Notes: generated by a model from the letters alone, not told the origin. DNA of 9,689 bases from Geosiphon pyriformis uo1 (GCA_016748015.1 JAAOMT010000790.1:1-9689); one strand, 5' to 3'. Shown: positions 1 to 9,438, numbered from the stretch's first letter. A program made the numbers and translations.

Positions 1-384
1 GTATAATTTTTGAGCTCTATTTATCCTACCTCTCATCTCGAGAAACTTTGACTACTAAGTCTTATATTCGACAAAAATATAAAAACACGATTACTTAATT
101 ATATTTCTGCGGCCTTTTTTTTTCCGGATCGCAAGGTATGCTCAAAGAAAAAATATCCTTTAAAGTTTTTCGTTTATGATAATTTTTTGGAAGCATATTT
201 AATAACTGCTTTCACCATTGGAACCTGAGGAAGCACTCTGGAGTTGTGAGTTCATCTGCGTTTTGATCCTCGGAAGTATTGCAGTTATGCAGTACGTCGT
301 ATATTGCAAGCGGGTTATACAACTAGGAGGTCATCTGCGTTTTGATCCTCTGAAATGCTGCAGTAATGCGGTACGTTGTATATC
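1..384 (+). repeat. Left arm of a perfect 384-bp inverted repeat bracketing the window
   Basis: Base-by-base comparison: 1-384 (GTATAATTTTTGAGCTC...GTACGTTGTATATC) is the exact reverse complement of 9306-9689, with no mismatch found. ORFs 218..550(+) and 9251..9472(-) share an identical N-terminus for this reason. Confidence 0.98.
252..384 (+). repeat. Tandem subrepeat in the left arm (one 79-bp unit plus a truncated 54-bp second unit)
   Basis: TCATCTGCGTTTTGATCCTC occurs at 252 and 331 (period 79), each followed by similar GAA.T..TGCAGT.ATGC.GTACGT.GTATAT. Confidence 0.92.
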
Positions 385-1424
385 AGCCACTACAGAAGAT
401 TTTGCAATCTTAAGTGTGGTCAAAAAAGAACCACTAATAGAAACTTTGACAGCAGTAATCAAAAAAGTCTTGAAAGCAAAATCCATACAGAACAACTTAA
501 CATTGTCTTTTGAAACAAACTTAAGTCCAACAAAGCCAGACAGCAAGTGAAACAAAAAATTAACTAAGGTTAATTTCATCTTGAAAATAGCATCAGCTAC
601 CAAAATGAAGGCTATTCACCCAGGAAATTTTTGACAATTGAAAATTGTTTTCCAAACACCATTAAAAATAGTACCAAAAAACAAAAAAAAAACATTGATT
701 TTGTTTCTATTTGATTAATTTAATTCTTAAAATCAGATAATTTAATAAATTGTTTTGTTTTAAGAATTAGTAATAATTTATTCAATATTTTATTTAAAAT
801 TAGAAAGAAATTTAAAGTAACAATAACAGATATAAGTAATTGTTGCTGTTTTTTAAGTTTTTGGTATTTTTGGTTATTTGTAAAATAATAATAGTAGTAT
901 TAATAATAATAAAAGCAAAAAAAACCAGTTTGTTAATTGGTTTTATAATTAATGATAATATAGTTTTTAATAAAATTTATATTATATTTTTTAGTGTATA
1001 ATAATATAATAAATTTTTAAATAAGATTATTTATGGTTTTTTTTATAAAAATAATGTGTTTTTTAAAATTACAACTAAAATTTATAATTTTAACTTTTTT
1101 AATAATTAATAAGAAGTTTACTTTAGTGTATTTTTCTATTTGTTAATATGACAATTGCAAAATTATGTGATTGGTATTTACTTGATTATTAATATATATA
1201 ATATATTCATAAATGTAAAAGTTATAATTTCAAGTTTTTTTGTATAATGCTTGTACAAATAAAAAATGATTTGTTTTTGAATATTTTATTTCTGCCACTT
1301 TGATAATTATTACTAATAGTGTCATATTATGAATATTTTTTTTTGGGTTCAATAATCTAATGGCTTTTAACATTCAGTGTTAGAAATGTGAATTTTTTTG
1401 GGAAAGTTTTATATAATACAATAT
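385..1424. other. CpG-free, very AT-rich tract; probable decayed transposon/repeat DNA (coding-like remnant at about 385-620 on the - strand)
   Basis: No CG dinucleotide found between 376 and 1424. Sequence 385-603 reads open on the - strand (FVGLKFVSKDNVKLFCMDFAFKTFLITAVKVSISGSFLTTLKIAKSSVVA), and the rest is extremely A/T-rich. TE origin is inferred. Confidence 0.5.
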
Positions 1425-1539
1425 CGTAAATCAAAGATGTGATAACAAATGTTGATTATCAGTATTTACTGATTATCTGATGGCAGTGTAGTTTCGAAAA
1501 GTTGATTGTTTATGCAAAGGAAATACTCTAACCTCTGAA

Positions 1540-2241
1540 ATGTCGCTGAAACCGTACCAACGAGAGTTCATCTCTTTTGCTATTTCCCATAATGTGATAC
1601 GTTTTGGGTCATTTGAGCTAAAATCAGGACGAATTAGTCCTTACTTTTTTAATGCCGGCTTGTTTAGCACCGGTCGCGCTTTATCCTCCCTCGGCCAATT
1701 TTATGCCGCGGCTTTGGAAGACGCAGGTGCTCCATCACTAATACCCCACCCTAGCCAGAAAAATACTGAAACTACATTAGAATATAACATGTTATTTGGT
1801 CCAGCATACAAAGGGATACCCTTAGTAGTGGCAACTGCCATTGCCTTAGTAGAAAAATATAATAAAGATATTCCATACGCCTTCAATAGAAAAGAAGTAA
1901 AAGATCATGGGGAAGGTGGTAACATTGTTGGAGCCCCTTTAACTGGTCGAGTATTAATTATTGATGATGTAATTACGGCGGGTACTGCCATCAAAGAGAG
2001 TTTCACTATAATTAAGGCTCATAATGCATCTCTTGCTGGAGTTATTGTAGCTGTAAATCGACAGGAACGCGGAACAAATGAAAAGTCGGCCATTGAAGAA
2101 ATTGAACAAGAGTTTGGAATTTCTGTGAAATCTATTATCACATTTGAACAAATTATTCAGTATATGACGGAAGAAGGTGGCTATGATGAATATTTGGAAA
2201 AAATGAGAAATTATCAGGATACCTATGGGATCAGAAAATGA
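1540..2241 (+). CDS. URA5: Orotate phosphoribosyltransferase (monofunctional, fungal Ura5/PyrE type), 233 aa
   Basis: Motifs FGSFELKSGRISPYFFNAG, LFGPAYKGIPL, FNRKEVKDHGEGG and the PRPP-binding loop VLIIDDVITAGTAI. Possible in-frame 54-nt intron at 1727-1780. Confidence 0.97.
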   Translation: MSLKPYQREFISFAISHNVIRFGSFELKSGRISPYFFNAGLFSTGRALSSLGQFYAAALEDAGAPSLIPHPSQKNTETTLEYNMLFGPAYKGIPLVVATAIALVEKYNKDIPYAFNRKEVKDHGEGGNIVGAPLTGRVLIIDDVITAGTAIKESFTIIKAHNASLAGVIVAVNRQERGTNEKSAIEEIEQEFGISVKSIITFEQIIQYMTEEGGYDEYLEKMRNYQDTYGIRK

Positions 2242-2287
2242 CCAAGAAAATCTCCGAGCCTAGACTTTATCAACTACAAATTAAAAA

Positions 2288-5065
2288 TTACATATTATTT
2301 TTGAAGACTTTCAAATTTGGGATATCATAAAATTGTTGAAGACATTCGGGATTTGCCAATGTTCCAGTAGGGATGTATTTTTCGCCTGAAATGATACGTT
2401 TCACAGCAATCTCGACCTTCTTGCCATTCACCGTGTACTTTTAATTATTAGACATAGAAAGTAGTTAAATTAACGCTTCAGATTGTTTAAAAAGGGTTGA
2501 ACAAACTTAAAAAGAATTACCGGGATGTCTTTAATCGGTAGAACAATGGCTGGGACATGTCGGGGACTCAATTGGATTCTAATTTTTTGCTTAATATAAT
2601 TGATTAAATTTTTGTCCAATACGTGTCTATTAACCATTTTTAAGAAGAGAATAACTCTTTCGTCATCTCCTATTTTCTGACCAACGACCAGACTATCTTC
2701 TATTTGAGGAAAACTTTCTACAACATTATAGATTTCTGCACTTCCAAATCGAATCCCCCCAGGATTAAGTGTGCCATCTGAGCGTCCAAGCATCACAACC
2801 CCACCTGTATTTGGATTGATCCATATGAAATCTCCATGATACCACACTGATGGATAATTATCAAAGTAGGCAGCACGATACTTGAGGTTTCCATGATCAT
2901 TCAAAAAGTATATAGGCATACAAGGAAATGGCTCACTGCATACCAGATCAGCAGGTTTACCAAATGATGGATTATCTGGAATATTTTTTGATATCTCAGA
3001 ATTTTAAAACCACAGAGGTTAACAAAAAAAATGCTTAATCTAGAGTTTACTTGGCCCGTCCCAAGCTTCAACTTTCATGCCCAAACATATGCATTGAATT
3101 TCTCCTCGATAAACTGGGAGAGCCGCATTGAGTCCGGCAAATAATGAACAAATGTCGGTACCACCTGAGTATTAACAATCAGAGACATTAAACTAAATCC
3201 GATTCAAAAAGTGATAAAAAATATCGAGAAAAATATCAAAAGAAGCTTTCGATCGAACCGGTAATAGAGCCTAATAGCACATCACTTTTAATTGATTGGT
3301 AAACAAAATCGAAACTTTCGGGCTTCAAAGGGGAAGCCGTGGACAAAATAGTGCGTATACTTCCAAGATTATGGTGCTCTTTGGGTTTGTATTTGACATC
3401 CTGAAGACTTTGAATATATTTAGCTGAAATACCAAATATAGTAATCCTAAATAGCAAATTTTTGATTAAATGTGATTGGTCAAAGGGTATACTAAGAGGA
3501 GTAGATAATAAAACTCACCCTAATTGGTCTGTTAATTCCCAAAGAGTAGAAGGACCAGGGTAGAAAGGAGATCCCTCATATAAAACTATTGTACATCCAA
3601 CGGCCAGACCAGCGATAAGCCAATTCCACATCATCCAGCCTGTTGTTGTATAGTAAAAGAACACATCTTCTGATTTCATATTCCCATGCAAAACATGTTC
3701 TTTTTTTTGTTGAATTAATACACCTCCAGCCCGATGAACAATACACTTTGGTTTGCCCGTAGTACCAGAGGAAAAAAGAATATATATAGGATGATCGAAA
3801 GGAAGTTGTTCAAATATTAGCTCTTCAGCTGGATTGGCCATTTTGATGAAATCCATCCAGGATAAAGCTATTTGAATGTCCGATACATCCACAGACTGGT
3901 TCTCCTCAAATGATATAACGATAACTTTCTCAAGACCTTCCTTGATGAGATGCTCAACAACCTGCCTAAGTTTGGGCAGATGATTATGAAATTTTCCGTT
4001 GTAGCAAACAGCATTCACGGAAAATAATATTTTTGGCTTGACTTGAGATAATCTGTCCAAAACAGCGGAAACGCCGAAATCAGTGGAAGTCCCTGCCCAC
4101 ATACAACCAATGCTACTTGCTGCCAGCATTGCGATGACAGCTTCCGAGCAATTTGAAATATAAGCGGCAATTTTATCACCTTTTTTTGCACCTGCTGCTC
4201 GCATGGCCGAGGCAGCAAGACGCACTGAATCAAAAAGTTGTGCGTAGGTGACCTTTATAGGCTGTCGCCCCTCTCCTTGAGACACAATATATCATGTATC
4301 ATATGTTTAGTTGTCAAAGAGCAAATAATGTCAAAATCTACAAAGTCTGTAATTTACCAGTTGATATTATCGCTACTTTATTGGCCTCTCGACACCAAAG
4401 TAAATTTTCGGCGAAATTTAAAGTTGCTCCTGGAAACCAACCCGGGATATTATCCATGGGCTTGGATTCCATTACCTATCAATAGCAGCGAGCTCACTTA
4501 AGGAAAATTCATATTGAGGAACTTCTGGTATGTTTGAAATGCGGGACAAAATTGTGGATAGTGGTCACAGCGTATTGTAATAGGACATCATTATGACGTC
4601 CAAGACTTATTTTTGCAGGCAGAAATTGGGTTAACGTATCAAATTGATGGATGAACAAGGTTTCTTTTTCGCAAATGAAGAATTGGTTGCCTGACAGCAA
4701 ATTTGTCCCGAATTTCAAATATGCCCTTTTGTTATGTTCTAATTCTTTTACACTTGCCCGCTCATAGGGCGCAGAGTGTACTATTTTCGTATATTGCCAA
4801 ACCGAAGCCCAGAAATCGGCAATATTATTAACTGACCATTCCCATAGTTGTTTGTAATTTTCTAAGGGCATGAAAATAGTGAGCTTTTTATAATCTTATT
4901 AGTTAGAGGTTTTGGTATAACAAATTGATCGCCACCTAAGTTTAAATTGAAGTTTGCATTTATCCCTCGTCGAAACTTGTCCATTTCGGTGTCGGCAACA
5001 TTTCGTGGCTCCCATAAACGTCCCGGAAATAGAGGTAAGGTAATTTGAGACTTCGTTGTTGACAT
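2288..5065 (-). CDS. AACS: Acetoacetyl-CoA synthetase (acetoacetate-CoA ligase, ANL superfamily), about 671 aa, 8 exons: 5065-4936, 4861-4758, 4475-4358, 4275-3519, 3446-3259, 3164-3051, 2975-2521, 2437-2288
   Basis: Manual splicing gives 2016 nt in one open frame. Motifs [91 protein letters not shown] and [13 protein letters not shown]. Six GT-AG introns of 72-94 nt and one 282-nt GC-AG intron. Confidence 0.93.
4527..4725. mobile_element. MITE-like element of about 199 bp inside AACS intron 2
   Basis: 28-bp imperfect TIRs: GGTATGTTTGAAATGCGGGACAAAATTG (4527-4554) versus the reverse complement of 4698-4725, GGCATATTTGAAATTCGGGACAAATTTG (24/28 identical). Removing the element leaves an 83-nt intron, typical for this locus. 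Confidence 0.7.
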
Positions 5066-5271
5066 TCTAATCAAAAATAAAGGAACTAGCAACTCTATCA
5101 AAACTCAGAAGGTAGGATGTTTAGAATTAACAGATTGAAGATATCATGCATGCTCAATCCTAATGAGCAAATTTGGATTTCGTTACACTTCAACATTTTT
5201 CTATAACCCACTCTTTAACTAGGTTACAATTCTTTGAAAATTATAAATCTGTAGAGTAAAATTCGTCTATA
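5066..5271. promoter_or_regulatory. Short divergent (probably bidirectional) promoter between AACS and RED
   Basis: Only 206 bp separate the two head-to-head ATGs (5065 on -, 5272 on +). Confidence 0.6.
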
Positions 5272-7257
5272 ATGTCTGCAACAGATAAAGGGTTATTCTT
5301 TGTTCCATTTTTTGTGAATTTAATTTTGTGTATATATATTTAACCTAACTAATATAGATTGAATCAAGATGATTTCCGTAAACTTTTGCAAACTCCTCGG
5401 CCTGGAGAAATTTCCTCAAAAGTTCGATTAGGCGGTCTTGGGCTTAATAGTAGGATACCTCTCCCGCTAACGCCGTAAGTGCTAAAGTGTTGAAGTTTTT
5501 TACATTTGCTTTTGATAATATTAGTAAGCCACTTTAATATAGAAAGGTCACATTTGCCAAAACTGCTGATAATCCACCACCAAAGTTCAAAAGAAGGTAG
5601 GTTCATTCTTTTGGTGTGCTTGATTTTTCTTTTCCTTCAATCTTTCACTTCATCCTGCTCTCCATCAAAGCCAGTTTAAGAAACCAGCGGAAGTCGATGA
5701 GGTCGCTTCGAATGACAACAAATATCGGGATCGTGCGGCTGAACGTAGAAAAGGTGCGAATCCAGATTACCAAGAAACCGAACAAATCTTGAAAGCTTTA
5801 AATAAAAGCGAAAGCCTAGAAGCCAAAACAATTTATGAGCAGTCAAAATATCTCGGGGGTGATACGGAGCATACGCATTTGGTCAAGGGACTCGATTTTG
5901 CTTTGTTGGCTAAAGTGCGCAATGAATTGCAACAAGAAGATCCAAGTGCCGAGGGAGATCAGGAACTCGAATTGGTGTTGGAAAGGATAAAAGAAGAATC
6001 TGAAGAAAAACCGCGGATCAACAGTAAATTTGCTCAAAACATATATGATGTAGCTGTGGTGGATGCGCAAAAAAAACCACCAGAAATAAACGACTTATTT
6101 GTTGCTGGTCGTATGGCCTACATTTTTGAGTTAGCTGACGAAGCAGGTGATTACGGTGATCCTTTCGCTATACCGACAACAGTCATTCGAAGTAAAGCAG
6201 ATGTTGGAGATGCCGGTGCAGAAGACAATTCGACAAACGATTTGGTAATCGAAAAAATATCTAGAGTAATGGCCTATGTAAGAAAAGGCGAAAGAAGTGG
6301 CGGTGTTGAAGTGCGAGAAAAAAAATTAAAGAAAAAGTTAAAAGAAAAACAAGTTGAAGAAGTTCAAATCAAGAAGATTGCTGCAATTGATGAATCAGAA
6401 GATATTTTTGCGGACGCTGGGAGGGATTATGATGCGTTTGCAAATATGGAAAATACTGAAATGCAAAAGGAAGATGAAGAGGAAGATGAACCAGTATTCA
6501 TTGGCCCAATCTTCCCGGGTGCCCTCCCTAATACAAATAAAGCTGAGTTAGAACAAAAAGTTAACTATTTTAGCGATTCTATTAAAGCTGAATATCATGA
6601 CCCGATGGATATCGATCGAAAAGAGGAGAAAGAAACTGAACTATCCCTAAATACTTTGATTGAGCAAGCCGCAGAGGGTGTTAAAGAGATGAAAGACTCG
6701 TTATTTTTAAATGAAAAAATAAATGAGACCAAGGCTTCTTCAAAAAGTGAGGAGATCCGAAAAAAACTGATGGGGCATGATAGTTATGAAGGAGATTATT
6801 CTACTTATGGTCTTAGTGTAGGTAATATTAGTGGAACGCGGGAAAGCGCATATGACTCGGGTCATTCAGATTCTGATTCTGATGGCACTGGGCTTGAACA
6901 TACCATCAGAGACCAAGGGGTTACTAAAAATAAAAAAGCCCAGCTATCGAGATGGGATTTTGATACAGAAGAAGAATGGCAAGCCTACAAGGTAAAGATT
7001 GTGGATCAAAAAATAAAATGCGTTAAGCTCTCATTAAATTCCACATTTTTTCACTTTCCAAGGATAATGTAACGGCTATGCCTAAATCTGCCTTTCAGTT
7101 TGGAGTTAAAACAGGCGACGGTCGAAAAACTCGGCGTAGCGGAAAAGAATTGACCGAGAAACAAAAAATTGATAGAGATTGGCAAAAGATTAGTCGAATA
7201 ATGGAACAAAAATATGGCGACGATGATGGGCCTTCAAAAAAAAAAAAAAAGCAATAA
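5272..7257 (+). CDS. RED/IK-family spliceosomal B-complex protein, about 568 aa, 5 exons: 5272-5291, 5358-5474, 5543-5596, 5671-6991, 7063-7257
   Basis: Manual splicing gives 1707 nt in frame. RED N-terminal motifs LNQDDFRKLLQTPR, YRDRAAERRKGANPDY, SKYLGGDTEHTHLVKGLDFALL, GRMAYIFEL and IPTTVIRSKAD. C-terminal motif RWDFDTEEEWQAYKDNVTAMPKSAFQFGVKTGDGRKTRR. GT-AG introns of 66-74 nt. Confidence 0.92.
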
Positions 7258-7604
7258 ATGGACTTGGCTTGATTTAAATTGGGTTATTCAATAAAACATC
7301 AGAAACCTTGTTATTTTTTGGTGTGGCTTAAAATTTTATTTAATCCCTTGACAATAAGCTTATACAGTAATGGATGAGAATCCACGATATGAAACCATAA
7401 AGCTGCAAAATTATGTTTATTTTACAACGTAACATTAGGTACACAACGGAAATGTTTACGCCATCATGTCGACTGCTAATTCCAACTTTCCTGGATTAGG
7501 TTAATGAAAAACAACTTACTTTTAATGTTATAGTTTTACCATTTATTATTTCAAGGAACAAGAGAGAAGAAATCAATATGTTATCAAATTTCATTAATGG
7601 ATAA

Positions 7605-8447
7605 TCAAGCTTGGGAACTCAACACTCTCTTTCGTGCGATCTGTCGGCGATTAAGACGTTGCACTTTCTTGTCATCATCTTCGCGTTTCACTTTGACCGC
7701 CTCTTCCGACACGATGATTTCAATGTGGCATGGGCTGCTCATATAAGGATTAATACGCTACAGAGAAATGGAAAGTTGATTGAGTTAAAGATGGAAAGCT
7801 AAGTTAACGGAATCCTAAGATACTAACCCCATGAGCACGATATGTTCTTCGTCGTTGTTTGGGAGCTTGATTAACTTGGATATGCGTGATGACCAACTTT
7901 TCCACTTCTAATTGTTTGAGCTTTGTATACAATAAGATTGATAAAAGTTTAAATCAATTTTCGTGCTCAAGGGAAGAATAAACTGCATCTATTTATACCT
8001 CGGCGTTACTTTGAACATTCTTTAATAAATCCAACAAGAAATCGGCACTCTTCGTTGGCCAGCGACCTGTTTCCAAAAATGAAGTTTAAGAAATACAATG
8101 TATATATTCGTAAATTTAATTCTTTTTCAGACCTTGAGTAGCACCAAAAGCCTTAGCTTGAGCGCACCGGCCTACTCCACCGTTGAAGCGTCTGAAAGGC
8201 ACAGCTTGTTTGTGGCCCTTCACATCCTCGAGATACTTAATCGCATTCAACAATTTCCTCCCAGAAATGGCTTGGGCAGTTTCTCGCGTATTTTTAAAAT
8301 GCACCCGCAAGTAGGCGCCACGAGTTTTGGCAGCTGTGATAACATTATCAGAATTGCATTCACAAGGTTCATCCGAACGCATCGAGAAACAAAATCATGA
8401 CACTTACATTTTGCAGGGTTTACCGCAACGGTCGAGTATCTTACCAT
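7605..8447 (-). CDS. RPL17: 60S ribosomal protein L17 (uL22), 184 aa, 5 coding exons: 8447-8408, 8333-8133, 8066-7999, 7920-7828, 7757-7605
   Basis: Spliced 555 nt: MVRYS...[23 protein letters not shown]...[17 protein letters not shown]...GRWPTKSA...[32 protein letters not shown] introns of 66-78 nt. A possible extra 5'-UTR intron acceptor (CTAAC...TTTGACAG) lies just upstream of the ATG. Confidence 0.96.
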
Positions 8448-9177
8448 TTTTTTTTTCAGGATAGAGGTTCCTGTCAAAGTGCTAAACTTTGTTAGACCAA
8501 CAGAGAAATCAATGAACCTAAAGGATTGGCATATCACAATTAAAAAATAAGTGTTTTTATGAACGTTGTGAGACAAGCGTAGTCAAAATGTTTTTGGTCG
8601 CCAGGATATAATCGAGTATAATGCTTTAGAATTGGTACGGAAATGGATGCATGGACTAAAGAACAATCAATCGATATCTCTGAAGGGTATTTCTAAGATG
8701 TCCGAAACCTGATCCAAAATGGCAGGATTCTTGTAAAAGTAATGGGCTATCCAAGCACCAAAAATCCTAAAGTCTGAAACTAAGGACAAACAATATTTTG
8801 GAGTTGAAAACTCATCTCACCTTCGGGGGGAAGTAAATTATAGAGTGTAGCTTACTTTCAAAAACTTTCAAATAAATATTTTTTATGATCAGGTAATCGG
8901 GGTAATCTGATAATGGTAAATTTGTATCAGATAAAGGAATTATGACTCATATTTTGCTGTAAAAAAATTATTTTTGTTGATTTATTTAATAATAAATTAA
9001 AAATCTCTGGTTATTAAAACTGTTTGATGTTAATTATTTAAAATTAACTAAATAATTTTACAATTAAAAAAAATTGTTTATATAAAATTAATTTCAATTA
9101 ATTTTAATCAGATGCTTTAAATGTGGGGATGTGGAATATTCTTATCACGTTTTCGAGTGTGAAACAAATAGCGTGCT

Positions 9178-9270
9178 GGGTGACATAAACTCGATGAATG
9201 CCAGTTAGGGAAAGTTCTGGCCGAGGGTACCTTCGACTACGTGTGTTTGGCTAAAGACTTGATTTCGCAG
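9178..9270 (+). pseudogene. Degenerate Ser/Thr protein kinase subdomain I fragment
   Basis: Reads G*HKLDECQLGKVLAEGTFDYVCLAKDLISQ, resembling Y-x-LGKVLGEGTFGxVxLAKD with both outer glycines of GxGxxG mutated and an upstream stop. No downstream VAIK, HRD or DFG motifs are seen. Confidence 0.45.
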
Positions 9271-9438
9271 ATGAACCTCCATGGTCGTATAACCCGCTTG
9301 TGGGCGATATACAACGTACCGCATTACTGCAGCATTTCAGAGGATCAAAACGCAGATGACCTCCTAGTTGTATAACCCGCTTGCAATATACGACGTACTG
9401 CATAACTGCAATACTTCCGAGGATCAAAACGCAGATGA
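9266..9438 (+). repeat. Tandem subrepeat at the right end (85-bp and 79-bp units plus the start of a third)
   Basis: CGCAGATGA occurs at 9266, 9351 and 9430. The units share GTATAACCCGCTTG and GAGGATCAAAA and differ by 6 nt of indels plus scattered substitutions. The array extends about 40 bp inward of the inverted-repeat boundary. Confidence 0.92.

Noticed and set aside
218-550. 110-aa ORF and its 73-aa mirror at 9251-9472
   Set aside because: TTG start, made of repeat-arm and tandem-unit sequence, different C-termini past the junction, and no recognisable domain.
921-944. Hairpin AAAACCAGTT-TGTT-AATTGGTTTT in the AT-rich tract
   Set aside because: Short and low-complexity; expected by chance in such AT-rich DNA.
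1540-2241. Bacterial pyrE by horizontal transfer, or an engineered URA5 marker construct
   Set aside because: Fungal Ura5 is normally PyrE-like, the composition matches neighbouring genes, and no vector sequence is seen.
4476-4757. Intronic snoRNA as the explanation for the long AACS intron
   Set aside because: No convincing terminal C/D or H/ACA box arrangement. The TIR pair and the size arithmetic fit a MITE better.
1701-8576. Small ORFs 1701-1886, 1954-2151, 4015-4233, 4238-4501, 4294-4485, 5364-5606, 5843-6070, 6354-6551, 7611-7802, 8098-8400 and most of 8247-8576
   Set aside because: Antisense or off-frame shadows of the four real spliced genes. Only the [13 protein letters not shown] part of 8247-8576 is real (RPL17 exon 1).
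8600-8830. Moderately GC-rich stretch upstream of RPL17 as a possible extra exon or gene
   Set aside because: Only short open frames with no recognisable motif; treated as promoter or intergenic DNA.
9266-9438. CRISPR-like array
   Set aside because: The units are similar along their whole length with no unique spacers, there are only about two units, the context is eukaryotic and no cas genes are present.
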